A stretch of DNA of 64,000 bases from Frankiaceae bacterium (GCA_016650445.1 JAENVS010000002.1:10980-74979), one strand, 5' to 3'. Counted from the stretch's first letter, positions 17,036 to 26,957 are shown. Numbers and translations: made by a program. The notes: a model not told the origin generated them from the letters alone.

Positions 17036-17679
17036 ACGTTGGCCGCCACGTCGTGCTCGAGCAGCACGTCGACACCGTTCACGCGGACCGACAGCTCGCC
17101 GGACGCCGTCTCGCCGACCAGCACCTCCTGGCCGGGCATGAGGTGCGCCGACTCCAGCTCTCGCATGTGCACGATCTGCGTCTGCAGGTGCTCGTCGATC
17201 CGGCGTACGACGCAGGACCGGCCGGCCTGAACCGTCGACAGCGGCTGCAGCGGTCCCGGGTCGACCGCGTTGGCCGAGCCCGGGATGGGGTTGCCGTGCG
17301 GGCAGGCCCCCGGATCGCCGAGCAGGGTGACCAGGTGCGCTTCGAGGGTCGGGCTGATGGCGTGCTCCAAGCGGCAGGCCTCCTCGTGCACCTGCGACCA
17401 GGGCACCTTCAGGACGTCGACCAGCAGCAGCTCGGCGAGCCGGTGGCGCCGCAGCATCGAGGTGGCGTAGGCCCGGCCGGTCTCGGTCAGGTGCATGACC
17501 CGGTCCCCGTCGAGGGTCAGGTAGCCCTCTCGCTCCAGCCGCTTGACGGTCTCGCTCACCGCCGGTGCGGAGACCCCGAGGCGCTCGACCAGCCGGGCCC
17601 GCATCGGGACGACGCCGGACTCCTCGAGCTCCAGGATGGTCTCGAGGTACTGCTCGACTGCCGGGTGGTGGCCTTCCAC
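17020..17679 (-). CDS. DtxR/IdeR/MntR-family metal-dependent regulator with FeoA-like domain
   Basis: [44 protein letters not shown]. Confidence 0.9.
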   Translation of the reverse strand: MEGHHPAVEQYLETILELEESGVVPMRARLVERLGVSAPAVSETVKRLEREGYLTLDGDRVMHLTETGRAYATSMLRRHRLAELLLVDVLKVPWSQVHEEACRLEHAISPTLEAHLVTLLGDPGACPHGNPIPGSANAVDPGPLQPLSTVQAGRSCVVRRIDEHLQTQIVHMRELESAHLMPGQEVLVGETASGELSVRVNGVDVLLEHDVAANVYVTV

Positions 17680-17707
17680 GCCCCGAATCGTACGTGCGAC
17701 GGCTCCG

Positions 17708-17735
17708 GGAATCGCCGGCCGAAGGCCCGGTGTTG
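17708..17735 (+). promoter_or_regulatory. SigR/SigH-dependent autoregulatory promoter
   Basis: GGAAT-N19-GTTG upstream of sigR. Confidence 0.7.
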
Positions 17736-17767
17736 CAGCACCAGGACGTGTTGCGGGAGGAGAGCGA

Positions 17768-18457
17768 ATGCTTGCCCACGGGCTGGTGAGGGATGAGTGG
17801 CCCGCGCCCGCGACGGTAGGCTGGTTCTTCGGGCAGCGCGAGGAGGTGGGCAGGGTTCCGCAGTCAGCAGAGAGCGAGACCAGCGAGCAGCGCACTGCCC
17901 GCTTCGAACGCGATGCCCTGCCGTTCCTCGACCAGCTCTACGCCGCGGCGATGCGGATGACGCGCAACCCCGCCGACGCCGAGGACCTCGTCCAGGAGAC
18001 GTTCGTCAAGGCGTTCGCGGCGTTCCACCAGTTCCAGGAGGGCACCAACCTCAAGGCCTGGCTGTATCGCATCTTGACCAACACGTTCATCAACACCTAC
18101 CGCAAGAAGCAGCGTCAGCCGCAGCAGTCACCGGCCGACGAGATCGCCGACTGGCAGCTGGCCGCGGCGGAGGGGCACCAGAGCACGGGCCTGCGCAGCG
18201 CCGAGATGGAGGCGCTCGACCACCTGCCCGACTCCGATGTCAAGAACGCCCTGCAGGAGCTGCCCGAGGACTTCAGAATGGCGGTCTACCTCGCCGACGT
18301 GGAGGGCTTCTCCTACAAGGAGATCGCCGAGATCATGGGTACGCCGATCGGGACCGTCATGAGTCGGTTGCATCGCGGTCGCCGCGGCCTGAAGAAGCTC
18401 CTTGGTGACTACGCCGTCGAGCGTGGCCTCGTGAAGGCGGGTGCTGAGGACTCATGA
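17768..18457 (+). CDS. sigR: ECF sigma factor SigR/SigH (alternative start GTG 17846)
   Basis: [53 protein letters not shown]; adjacent to rsrA. Confidence 0.95.
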   Translation: MLAHGLVRDEWPAPATVGWFFGQREEVGRVPQSAESETSEQRTARFERDALPFLDQLYAAAMRMTRNPADAEDLVQETFVKAFAAFHQFQEGTNLKAWLYRILTNTFINTYRKKQRQPQQSPADEIADWQLAAAEGHQSTGLRSAEMEALDHLPDSDVKNALQELPEDFRMAVYLADVEGFSYKEIAEIMGTPIGTVMSRLHRGRRGLKKLLGDYAVERGLVKAGAEDS

Positions 18458-18738
18458 GCTGTGGCGAGCCGCACGAGACCCCCTGCGACGAGGTCCTCGA
18501 GAAGGTCTACCTGTACCTCGACGGCGAGGCGGGTTCCGAGGACCACCAGCACGTGCGGCTCCACCTCGACGAGTGCGCCCCCTGCCTGCGGCAGTACGGC
18601 CTGGAGAACGCCGTGAAGGCGCTCGTCGCGCGATGTTGCGGTGGGGATGCCCCGCCGGAGGATCTCAAGCAGCGGGTGATGGTCCGCATCCAGGAGGTTC
18701 GCCTGGAGATCGAGCACGTGGAGTTCCGCGCCGAGTGA
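18454..18738 (+). CDS. rsrA: Zinc-binding anti-sigma factor RsrA/RshA
   Basis: [11 protein letters not shown]...[11 protein letters not shown] motif. Confidence 0.95.
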   Translation: MSCGEPHETPCDEVLEKVYLYLDGEAGSEDHQHVRLHLDECAPCLRQYGLENAVKALVARCCGGDAPPEDLKQRVMVRIQEVRLEIEHVEFRAE

Positions 18739-18753
18739 CCTAACCTCGCCGGC

Positions 18754-19713
18754 ATGACGTGGCTGGTGACCGGAGGCGCGGGCTACATCGGTGCGCATGT
18801 CGTGCGTGCCATGGTCGAGGACGCGACGAGCGTCATCGCGCTCGACGACCTGTCGACCGGCGGGGCCGATCGCGTCCAGGGCGCAGCGTTGGTCGTCGGC
18901 AGCGTTCTCGACGGTCCGCTGCTGGATCGCACGATCGCCGAGCACGGCGTCACGGGGGTCGTGCACATCGCCGCGAAGAAGCAGGTCGGTGAGTCGGTCG
19001 AGGACCCGCTGAAGTACTACCGGGAGAACCTCAGCGGGCTCGTCACCCTCCTTGAGTCGTGCCGTTCCGCCGGAGTGGACCGCTTCGTCTTCTCCTCGAG
19101 TGCCGCGACGTACGGGCTGCCCGATGTCGACCTGGTCACCGAGGACATCCCGGGGGTCCCGCTGTCGCCGTACGGCGAGACCAAGCTCGTCGGCGAGTGG
19201 CTCATGCGCGACTGCGCGACGGCGTTCGGCCTGCGCTACATGGCATTGCGCTACTTCAACGTCGCGGGGGCTGCCACGGACGACCTCGCCGACCCCGGGG
19301 TGTTCAACCTGATCCCGATGGTCTTCCGCGAGCTGGAAGCGGGCTCTCGGCCGAAGGTGTTCGGTATCGACTACCCGACCCCGGACGGCACCTGCATCCG
19401 CGACTACGTGCACGTCGCCGACATCGCGGCGGCGCACCTCGCGGCGGCCCGTGCGCTCGACGACGGTGCGCAGCCGGCGACGTACAACATCGGCTGCGGT
19501 GAGGGCTCCTCGGTGCTCGAGGTGCTTGACGTGATCGGCCAGGTCACCGGGCGCGATGTGACGCCGGAGTTCGTCGCGCGCCGCCCGGGTGACCCGGCAC
19601 GCGTCGTCGCGGCGGTCGACAGCATCCGCGACGGCCTCGGCTTCATCGCGACGCGCGACCTCGAGGACATGGTCGCGACCGCCTGGTCCGGCTGGCGCGC
19701 CGCCCGCGACTGA
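18754..19713 (+). CDS. galE: UDP-glucose 4-epimerase
   Basis: TGGAGYIG, VGESV, FSSSAATYG, YGETK, LRYFN, DGTCIRDYVHV. Confidence 0.92.
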   Translation: MTWLVTGGAGYIGAHVVRAMVEDATSVIALDDLSTGGADRVQGAALVVGSVLDGPLLDRTIAEHGVTGVVHIAAKKQVGESVEDPLKYYRENLSGLVTLLESCRSAGVDRFVFSSSAATYGLPDVDLVTEDIPGVPLSPYGETKLVGEWLMRDCATAFGLRYMALRYFNVAGAATDDLADPGVFNLIPMVFRELEAGSRPKVFGIDYPTPDGTCIRDYVHVADIAAAHLAAARALDDGAQPATYNIGCGEGSSVLEVLDVIGQVTGRDVTPEFVARRPGDPARVVAAVDSIRDGLGFIATRDLEDMVATAWSGWRAARD

Positions 19714-19734
19714 TCGGCGTCAGCCGCCGCGCCG

Positions 19735-20664
19735 TCACTGCGCTCGGTCGCGCTGTCCCGGGGTGCGGCGGTCCCAGGACTCGAGCAGGGTGCCGAGGAT
19801 CTCCTCGGCGACGCCGAGCGTCCCGAGGTGGCTTTCGCCCGGGCGGACGTAGAAGTGCCCGTCGGGCACCCGGCTGACAACGTGTCGGCCGTGTGCCAGC
19901 GGAACGATGTGGTCGGCGTCGCCGTGCCACCAGTGCAGCGGGATGGTGACGTCGGCCAGCGCGAAGCCCCAAGGCCGACCGAACAGCACGACGTCGTAGA
20001 CCGGAGCCCGCAGGCCTGGCCGACCGCCGGTCAGCAGGTCGTCGAGGAACATCGCCCGCATCTCGGGGCGCGCGAACACCGCCCGATCGCCCGGCGGTGA
20101 GAAGCGCGCGTACAGGTGGATCGCCGGGACGGCGACCGGCCTCGCGCTCCAGAAGAACGCGGCCAGCGCCCACGACAGGGGCACGCGGAGTGCGGCGAGC
20201 GCAGGTGCGAACGTCGCCGCCAGGGCCGTGACGCCCCCCGCCGCTGCGTCGTCGCCGACAGTGGGCGCGACGCCGCCGAGAACGCCGGCGACCTTCATCC
20301 GGTCGGGCATCGCCGCGGCGCAGCCGAGGACGTAGGGCCCGCCGCCGGACAGGCCGAGCATCGAGAACTCGCCGATGCCCAGTCGGTCGAGCACGTCCTC
20401 GAGGTCGCCGGCGAAGCCGATGATCCGGTCGTAGAGGTGTGGTGTCGAGTGGCCGACGCCCGGTCGGTCGATGCCGATGAGCCGGACGCCGAGCTCGACC
20501 GCAGCCAGGCGGGCCGCCTGCGGGATCTGGCGGCGGGCGCCGGGGGTGCCGTGCATCCACAGGACGGCGCGCCCGTGCGGATCACCGAACTCTGCGAAGC
20601 CGAGTCGCCGCCCGTCCCTGACCGTGACGGTGCCTTCGACGAACGGGTCGAGGAGAGTGGCCAC
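19735..20664 (-). CDS. Alpha/beta fold hydrolase
   Basis: HGTPG, DRPGVG, GLSGGGPY, WHGDAD, GESH. Confidence 0.88.
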   Translation of the reverse strand: MATLLDPFVEGTVTVRDGRRLGFAEFGDPHGRAVLWMHGTPGARRQIPQAARLAAVELGVRLIGIDRPGVGHSTPHLYDRIIGFAGDLEDVLDRLGIGEFSMLGLSGGGPYVLGCAAAMPDRMKVAGVLGGVAPTVGDDAAAGGVTALAATFAPALAALRVPLSWALAAFFWSARPVAVPAIHLYARFSPPGDRAVFARPEMRAMFLDDLLTGGRPGLRAPVYDVVLFGRPWGFALADVTIPLHWWHGDADHIVPLAHGRHVVSRVPDGHFYVRPGESHLGTLGVAEEILGTLLESWDRRTPGQRDRAQ

Positions 20665-20763
20665 GCCGTCATCCTCGCAGCCGCCCGCCCCGTCTCGGAG
20701 CTGCCGGTCCGACCCGCCGGCGCGGCGGCCCGGTCACTCCGAGGTCAGCAGTGGCTGGACATG

Positions 20764-20801
20764 CGAGGAGCCCGCACCCTTCGTGGGTGACGGGCTCCTC
20801 G
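20764..20801 (-). terminator. Hairpin downstream of the bL37 gene
   Basis: CGAGGAGCCCG-CACCC...GGGTG-A-CGGGCTCCTCG. Confidence 0.65.
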
Positions 20802-20814
20802 TCGTACGACGCTG

Positions 20815-20889
20815 TTACGCGTTGGGGCGCTTGCCGTGGTTGGCGGCGTTCTTCTTGCGCCCGCGGCGCTTGCGGCCTCTCTTCGCCAT
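20815..20889 (-). CDS. 50S ribosomal protein bL37 (24 aa)
   Basis: MAKRGRKRRGRKKNAANHGKRPNA with GAGGAG RBS; typical position near sigR-rsrA. Confidence 0.9.
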   Translation of the reverse strand: MAKRGRKRRGRKKNAANHGKRPNA

Positions 20890-20936
20890 GACGGACTCCT
20901 CTGTGTCTTCAGTTCGATGGGCGGCGACGTACAGGG

Positions 20937-21506
20937 TTACACAACCGGCGCTGGGGCTATCGCGCGACGGGCGTGCTTGGCCGGTCCGCGCCCGGTCCGC
21001 ATGCCCAGCAAGACCAGCTGGGCCAGACCGGCCGCGACCAGGATGTCGCCCGGACTGACCACCTCCGGCCAGCGCGGCGCCGGCAGCGGGATGACGTCGC
21101 CGAGGAAGCCCAGCCGGGTGTTCCGGTCGGCCAGCTCGTGCCGCGGGTCCTCGCCGCTGAGGATGTGCTGGGTCGTCGTCCCGGCCCGCCCGGCGGCGTC
21201 GACGGACACCGGCATCGCTCCGTTCAGGCCGACCACCAGGGCGTTGGCCAGCAGCCCCAGCGCGATCAGCCCGGTGCCGCGGATCCCGCGGTTGTGCAGG
21301 AGGAACCACGCGACCAACCCGGCTGACACAGCGAGCCCGAGTGGGTAGACCGGCCCGCCGATGAGCGTCGCCGCCGCCTGGACCGCGAACGCCGACCAGA
21401 CCAGCCGCCGCGACCGCATCGGCATCGCTCCCAGCCGGTCCAGGCTGCCGCCGGTGAGCCAGCCGAGCACGACCGCGATGAGCAGCGCGACTCCGGCCAG
21501 GACCAC
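20937..21506 (-). CDS. DUF5317-like membrane protein
   Basis: GWLTGGSLDRL, GLLANALVVGLNGAMPV, FLGDVIP, VVSPGDILV. Confidence 0.8.
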   Translation of the reverse strand: MVLAGVALLIAVVLGWLTGGSLDRLGAMPMRSRRLVWSAFAVQAAATLIGGPVYPLGLAVSAGLVAWFLLHNRGIRGTGLIALGLLANALVVGLNGAMPVSVDAAGRAGTTTQHILSGEDPRHELADRNTRLGFLGDVIPLPAPRWPEVVSPGDILVAAGLAQLVLLGMRTGRGPAKHARRAIAPAPVV

Positions 21507-21554
21507 CTCGCTAGTGTCGCCGGTCGAACCTCTCCCGCTCTGGAAGGACCCCGC

Positions 21555-22892
21555 GTGTTCGACACCGTCCTGGTCGCCAACCGCGGCGAGATCGCCCGCC
21601 GGGTCGTGCGCACCTGCCAGCGGCTGGGTGTGAAGGCCGTGACGGTGCACTCCGAGGCCGACGCGCACGCGCTGCACGTCGTCGAGTCCGACGAGTCGGT
21701 GCTGATCGGCCCGGCGCCGCCGACCGAGTCCTACCTCGACCAGCTGAAGGTCCTCGAGGCGGCGCGGCAGACCGGCGCGCAGGCTGTCCACCCGGGCTAC
21801 GGCTTCCTCGCCGAGAACGCGACGTTCGCGCAGGCAGTCATCGACGCCGGGCTCACCTGGATCGGCCCGTCGCCCGATGCGATCGACCGCATGGGCGACA
21901 AGATCAACGCCCGCAACCTGATGTCTGCCGCCGGCGTTCCCGTCGCCGTCGGGACGCCGGAGCCGCTGGCCGACGTCGAGGCGGCCGTCAGCGCGGCCAA
22001 GGAGATCGGCTACCCGGTGATGGTCAAGGCGTCCGCGGGAGGCGGCGGCATCGGCATGGGCGTCGCTCGCGACGAGGCGGAGCTGCGCACGTCCTTCGAC
22101 ACCGCCCGCACGCGCGCGGAGCGCTTCTTCGGCTCGCCCGCGATCCTGCTCGAGCGCTACATGGAGAAGGCACGGCACGTCGAGGTTCAGGTGCTCGGGC
22201 TTGCCGACGGCCGGGTCGTCACGTTGGGCGAGCGCGACTGCTCCGTGCAGCGACGGCACCAGAAGGTCGCGGAGGAGACGCCGTCGCCGGGCGTCTCGCC
22301 GGAGCTGCGCGCGCGGATGCTGGCCGGCGCCGTGCGCGCCGGCGAAGCCGTCGGCTACCGCAACGCGGGCACCGTGGAGTGCCTGGTCTCCGGTGACGAG
22401 TTCGTGTTCCTCGAGATGAACACGCGACTGCAGGTCGAGCACCCTGTGACCGAGCTCGTGCACGGCGTCGATCTCGTCGAGCAGCAGCTGCTGGTGGCCG
22501 CGGGTGAGCCTGCGTCGTACGACGTGAACGTGCAGTCTGACGGGCACGCGATCGAGCTGCGGATCTACGCCGAGGACCCGGTGCGCTTCCTGCCGGGGCC
22601 GGGCACGATCACGCGCTGGGAGGAGCCGAGCGGTGAAGGCATCCGCGTGGACGCCGGCTACCGCAAGGGTGACGTCGTGACGCCGTACTACGACCCGTTG
22701 CTCGCCAAGCTCGCGGTCTGGGCACCTGACCGCGACGAGGCCCTGCAGCGCACGCGCGACGCCGTCGCTGCCTTTGCGGTCGAGGGGCCGAAGGTCAACC
22801 TGCCGTTCTTCACCGAGCTGCTCGCGAACGCGGAGTTCGTCAGCGGCGACTACGACACCGGGCTGGTCGAGCGGATGAGGGCCAAGAAGTGA
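21555..22892 (+). CDS. Biotin carboxylase subunit (no biotin-carrier domain)
   Basis: VLVANRGEIA, HPGYGFLAEN, GGGGIGM, RDCSVQRRHQK, EMNTRLQVEH. Confidence 0.93.
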   Translation: MFDTVLVANRGEIARRVVRTCQRLGVKAVTVHSEADAHALHVVESDESVLIGPAPPTESYLDQLKVLEAARQTGAQAVHPGYGFLAENATFAQAVIDAGLTWIGPSPDAIDRMGDKINARNLMSAAGVPVAVGTPEPLADVEAAVSAAKEIGYPVMVKASAGGGGIGMGVARDEAELRTSFDTARTRAERFFGSPAILLERYMEKARHVEVQVLGLADGRVVTLGERDCSVQRRHQKVAEETPSPGVSPELRARMLAGAVRAGEAVGYRNAGTVECLVSGDEFVFLEMNTRLQVEHPVTELVHGVDLVEQQLLVAAGEPASYDVNVQSDGHAIELRIYAEDPVRFLPGPGTITRWEEPSGEGIRVDAGYRKGDVVTPYYDPLLAKLAVWAPDRDEALQRTRDAVAAFAVEGPKVNLPFFTELLANAEFVSGDYDTGLVERMRAKK

Positions 22893-23650
22893 GTGACCTG
22901 GCGGTCAGCAACAAGGGTCGCGTGCTGCGACTGCACATCGACCGGGAGCCGAAGCGCAACGCCCTCAACGGCGAGGTGCTCCGCGGAATGCTCGATGCCT
23001 TGCGGTCACCGGGCGACGCACGCGTCGTGCTCGTCAGCAGCGCGGGGGAGAAGGTCTTCTGCTCCGGCGCCGACCTCGTGGCGATGGCACCCAACGCCAC
23101 CGGGCTCGAGGTGCACGAGGGTCGTGGCCTGCTGCGTGAGGTCGTGCTGGAGATGCGCGCGTGCCCGCTCCCGGTGGTCGCTTCGGTGCAGGGACTGTGC
23201 CTGGCCGGCGGGGTCGGCCTGGTGATGGGTTGCGACATCGTGCTTGCCGCGGAGTCGGCTGCCTTCGGGCTCCCGGAGGTCGACCTCGGGCTCTGGCCGT
23301 TCATGGTCAGTGCGCTGCTCGGTCGGCATGTCAGCCCGAAGCGCGCACTCGAGATGATGCTGTCGGCCCGCCGCGTGCCAGCCCGAGAGGCACTCGAGAT
23401 GGGGCTGATCTCGCGCGTCGTCGACGACCTTCCCGCGGAGACCGACGCCTTGGTTGCCGCACTCGCCGCCAAGCCGCCCGTCGCCGTACGGCTCGGCAAG
23501 AAGGCCTTCTTCGCCGCGATGGACAGCTCGCTCGAAGCCGGGTTGGAAGCCATGCAGGCCCAGCTGTCCCTTCTCAACACCACGCAGGACGCCGCCGAAG
23601 GCGTCGGTGCCTTCCTCGAGAAGCGCAAGCCGGAGTGGAAGGGCCGCTGA
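22889..23650 (+). CDS. Enoyl-CoA hydratase/isomerase
   Basis: KRNAL, FCSGADL, AGGVGL..GCD, FGLPE, AFLEKRKP.W.GR. Confidence 0.9.
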   Translation: MSDLAVSNKGRVLRLHIDREPKRNALNGEVLRGMLDALRSPGDARVVLVSSAGEKVFCSGADLVAMAPNATGLEVHEGRGLLREVVLEMRACPLPVVASVQGLCLAGGVGLVMGCDIVLAAESAAFGLPEVDLGLWPFMVSALLGRHVSPKRALEMMLSARRVPAREALEMGLISRVVDDLPAETDALVAALAAKPPVAVRLGKKAFFAAMDSSLEAGLEAMQAQLSLLNTTQDAAEGVGAFLEKRKPEWKGR

Positions 23651-23690
23651 TCGGCTCTGATCCGGCCCTGATCGGCGTAACCTCGACGGC

Positions 23691-25130
23691 ATGACGGAGA
23701 CGCCTCAGGAAGCCACTGCCGCGGCGACGCACGACCCCGACCGCCCGGCGGCGCTGCTGGAGTTCATGAGCACCGGCTGGGCCCCCCGCGAGGAGTCGCT
23801 GCCGGCTGCGGCGCCCGCATCGTCGTACTGCTCCGCTCGTCGGCGGGCCCTCGCCGAGCGCTTCCCGGGTGAGGTCCTCGTCGTACCGACCGGGGGTTAC
23901 AAGACCCGCGCGAACGACACGGAGTTCCGGTTCCGACCGGGCACCGAGTTCGCCTACCTCGCCGGCTCGCACGAGCCCGACGCCGTGCTGGTCATCGACG
24001 CCAAGGGGGACGCCGTCCTCTACCAAGCACCGTCGATGGACCGCTCGACGCCGTCGTTCTTCACCGACCGGATGTACGGCGAGCTGTGGGTCGGGCCGCG
24101 GCCGACGCTCGCCGCGACGAGCGCGCTATTGGGCATCGAGACGCGCCCGCTCGAGGAGCTGGACAAGCTGTCCGGCAAGGCCCGCGTCGTGCGTGGCTTC
24201 GACGCCCGCATCGAGTCGCTGTTCGACTCGGAGGAGGAGAACGACACCGAGCTGGCGGTCTTCCTGTCCGAGCAGCGGCTGGTCAAGGACGAGCACGAGG
24301 TCGCGCAGCTGCAGGAAGCCGTCGACGCGACGATCCTGGGCTTCGAGGACGTCGTGCGGCAGCTGCCGGCCGCGGTGCAGACGACCGAGCGCTGGATCGA
24401 GGGCGTGTTCGGGCTGCGCGCTCGGGTCGAGGGCAACGACGTGGGCTACGGCTCCATCTGCGCGGCCGGCACGCACGCGTGCATCCTGCACTGGACAGAC
24501 AACGACGGCGAGGTGCGCGAGGGCGATCTGGTACTGCTCGACATGGGCGTCGAGGGCCACGAGCTCTACACCGCCGACGTCACCCGGACTCTGCCGGTCA
24601 ACGGCACCTTCACGCCGCGGCAGCGCGAGGTCTACACCCTCGTCTACGAGTCGCAGGAAGCGGCAATCGCAGCGTGCAAGCCGGGCGCCGACTTCCTCGA
24701 CCCGCACCGGGCCGCCATGAAGGTGCTCGCCGAGGGCCTCGAGCGGATGGGGATCCTCGAGTCGGCCGAGTCCGCCCTGGCCGAGGACAGCCAGCTCTAC
24801 CGCCGCTACACCCTGCACGGCGTCAGCCACATGCTCGGCCTCGACGTGCACGACTGCGCGCACGCGCGCAAGGAGATGTACACGAAGGGGACCCTCGCCG
24901 AGGGCTACGTCCTCACGATCGAGCCCGGTCTGTACTTCCAGCCCGACGACCTCACCGTGCCGGCGGACCTGCGCGGGATCGGTGTGCGGATCGAGGACGA
25001 CGTCGTCGTGACGAAGGACGGCTGCCGCAACCTTTCCGCGGCCCTGCCCAGGCACCCGGACGAGGTCGAGGCGTGGATGTCGGGTCTTCGCGAGGAGTCG
25101 CTCGACCACCCCCCTCTACGAGAGCACTGA
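23691..25130 (+). CDS. pepP: Xaa-Pro aminopeptidase (M24B)
   Basis: LHW, LLDMG, YTADVTRT, HMLGLDVHD, TIEPGLY, GVRIEDD. Confidence 0.92.
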   Translation: MTETPQEATAAATHDPDRPAALLEFMSTGWAPREESLPAAAPASSYCSARRRALAERFPGEVLVVPTGGYKTRANDTEFRFRPGTEFAYLAGSHEPDAVLVIDAKGDAVLYQAPSMDRSTPSFFTDRMYGELWVGPRPTLAATSALLGIETRPLEELDKLSGKARVVRGFDARIESLFDSEEENDTELAVFLSEQRLVKDEHEVAQLQEAVDATILGFEDVVRQLPAAVQTTERWIEGVFGLRARVEGNDVGYGSICAAGTHACILHWTDNDGEVREGDLVLLDMGVEGHELYTADVTRTLPVNGTFTPRQREVYTLVYESQEAAIAACKPGADFLDPHRAAMKVLAEGLERMGILESAESALAEDSQLYRRYTLHGVSHMLGLDVHDCAHARKEMYTKGTLAEGYVLTIEPGLYFQPDDLTVPADLRGIGVRIEDDVVVTKDGCRNLSAALPRHPDEVEAWMSGLREESLDHPPLREH

Positions 25131-25330
25131 CCCAAATGGGCTCCGTGCGCGTGTAGAGCGCCCCTGTCCGGGGCGTCCAGTTCTTATGCCACGAGTGGCT
25201 GGCTGGTGCCTGCTTCATCGGGTGGCACCGACCAGACAGCCTGGGCTGCCGGGTCTGACGTCCACCCTCCACAGGCGTGACGAGCGGGCTCGTCTGACCG
25301 GCCTGCTGGGTGCAGGTCCCGGGCCTGGGA
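25125..25330 (-). ncRNA. Putative TnpB omega/re-RNA region (boundaries uncertain)
   Basis: Inferred from TnpB family biology; hairpin CGCCCC-N5-GGGGCG at 25159-25175 just past the tnpB stop. Confidence 0.4.
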
Positions 25331-26569
25331 GTCATCGCAGGGGCAGGTGCCCCGTTGGTGCTCGCCCCAGGCGGCGAGGGTCGCGGCAGCGTTCAGGTCG
25401 CGGTCAAGGACCAGACCGCAGCGGTCGCAGGTGTAGGTGCGCTCGGACAGGGCCAGCTTGGCTTTCACTGATCCGCAGCTCGAGCACGTCTTGGACGAGG
25501 GGAAGAAGCGGGGGGCGAGCAGCACCGTGCCGCCGGCCCAGTCGGCTTTGTAGGTGAGCTGCCGGCCGAGCTCCCCCCAGCCTTCGTCGGCGATGGAACG
25601 GGCCAGCCGCGAGTTCGCCATCAGGTTCTTGGTCGACAGGGTCTCCAGCACGAGCACCAGGTGCGTCTGGATGAGGGCGCTCGAGTAGGCGTGGAGGGCG
25701 TTCTTACGTTGCTGCGCGACCTTCTCGTGTAGCCGTCCAACCCTGGCGACAGCCTTGCGTCGGTTCCGGCTCGATGCTTGTCCGCGCACGGTGCGGCGAC
25801 TGACGGTGCGCTGCGCCCGAGCGAGCTTCCGCGAGGTCTGACGCAGATACCGCCCGGAGTCGAGCGCGAGAACCGCTGCTCCGTCGGCGGTTGCGGCGAC
25901 CGCGCCCGTCCGGATCCCCCGGTCGACCCCGACGATCGGCATGCAGGCGGCCGCCGCCACTGCCGGCGCCCGCAACTGTTGCTCGATCTTGCACGACGCC
26001 CACCACGAACCGTCCGCATGCCGCGCGATCGTCACACTCGTGATCCGGGCCCGGCCGCGACGGATGAGCCGGCGGAGCCTCGCTTGGTCGGGGTCGGGGC
26101 CAGCAATCCGGATCTCGCCTATCTTCGGCAGGCGCAGCGCCCCGGCCGCCAGCCGGCAATCCCGGCCCCACTCGGTCCAACGCTCCCGAGCCTTGCCCTT
26201 CTTCGCGAACTTCGGGAACCGCGTCCGGCCCGACAGGAACCCGTTCGAAGCCGCTGCCGCGTCGACAGCGGCGAACTCCAAGACCCACACGCTGAGCTCA
26301 CGCAGCCATTCCGGCCGATCCGCCTTCAGCGCGTTGCGCAGATCCATCGCCGACAGCGGCTTGACCCGCTCCTTCGCGTCAATGCCTGCATCACGCTGCG
26401 CCTGCCAGACGGCGTGGTTCTGGGCGATCAGCGCAACGGACTGGTTGAAGCACCACCGACGCGAACCAGCCGACCGCGCGAACCAACCGGTCTGCATGTT
26501 GGTCGGATCCAGCTTGAACGACACCCCGTACCGGCGAAGTCTCGCCTGCGGCCTAGCCACCTCGCCCAT
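25184..26569 (-). CDS. tnpB: RNA-guided endonuclease TnpB
   Basis: FKLDPT, FPKFAKK, RuvC VGVDRG / VLETL / DRDLNAA, Zn finger SSKTCSSC...CDRC. Confidence 0.93.
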   Translation of the reverse strand: MGEVARPQARLRRYGVSFKLDPTNMQTGWFARSAGSRRWCFNQSVALIAQNHAVWQAQRDAGIDAKERVKPLSAMDLRNALKADRPEWLRELSVWVLEFAAVDAAAASNGFLSGRTRFPKFAKKGKARERWTEWGRDCRLAAGALRLPKIGEIRIAGPDPDQARLRRLIRRGRARITSVTIARHADGSWWASCKIEQQLRAPAVAAAACMPIVGVDRGIRTGAVAATADGAAVLALDSGRYLRQTSRKLARAQRTVSRRTVRGQASSRNRRKAVARVGRLHEKVAQQRKNALHAYSSALIQTHLVLVLETLSTKNLMANSRLARSIADEGWGELGRQLTYKADWAGGTVLLAPRFFPSSKTCSSCGSVKAKLALSERTYTCDRCGLVLDRDLNAAATLAAWGEHQRGTCPCDDSQARDLHPAGRSDEPARHACGGWTSDPAAQAVWSVPPDEAGTSQPLVA

Positions 26570-26576
26570 GTCGGCG

Positions 26577-26598
26577 ATGGTGCCCGGCCCGTCCGACA
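26577..26598 (-). promoter_or_regulatory. PafBC/RecA-NDp-like promoter of tnpB
   Basis: TGTCGG-N10-CACCAT on the minus strand, 7 nt before ATG 26569. Confidence 0.5.
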
Positions 26599-26666
26599 AA
26601 TTTCAGGTCAGTGCAGTCGAAAGGTGCTGGCACTAGGGTCGGAGCGACATCGAGCGAGGAGTGCAG

Positions 26667-26879
26667 ATGGCCGAGGTACGCGCCGAAATGGTCGCGAACG
26701 TCTGGAAGGTCGTGGTCGCCGAAGGGGACCCTGTCGCCGACGGGGACACCCTGGTCATCCTCGAGTCGATGAAGATGGAGATCCCGGTGCTGGCGGAGGG
26801 CGACGGGACCGTCTCCACGCTCGCCGTGAGCGAGGGCGACGTCGTCCAGGAAGGCGACGTGATCGCGGTCATCTCGTGA
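26667..26879 (+). CDS. Biotin/lipoyl carrier protein
   Basis: VRAEMVANVWKV...LESMKMEIPV. Confidence 0.92.
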   Translation: MAEVRAEMVANVWKVVVAEGDPVADGDTLVILESMKMEIPVLAEGDGTVSTLAVSEGDVVQEGDVIAVIS

Positions 26880-26922
26880 GCGAGGTGTGACGGCAGCGCT
26901 CAGACTGACCCTTTCGGGTGGG

Positions 26923-26948
26923 TCAAGCCGGGGCCGTCGTACGCCGAA
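26923..26948 (+). promoter_or_regulatory. sigma28 (FliA/WhiG)-type promoter of pilT
   Basis: TCAAG-N15-GCCGAA, ending 9 nt before the GTG. Confidence 0.55.
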
Positions 26949-26957
26949 GAGCAGAAC

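Larger units (their letters stand above)
25124..26614 (-). mobile_element. Non-autonomous tnpB-only element (IS607/IS200-605 superfamily); ends approximate
   Basis: tnpB without transposase, inserted between pepP and the biotin-carrier gene; GCACTGACC(C/TG)AAAT present in inverted orientation at both flanks. Confidence 0.6.

Noticed and set aside
25184..26569. Nuclease-dead TnpB-derived repressor (TldR)
   Set aside because: All three RuvC acidic residues are present
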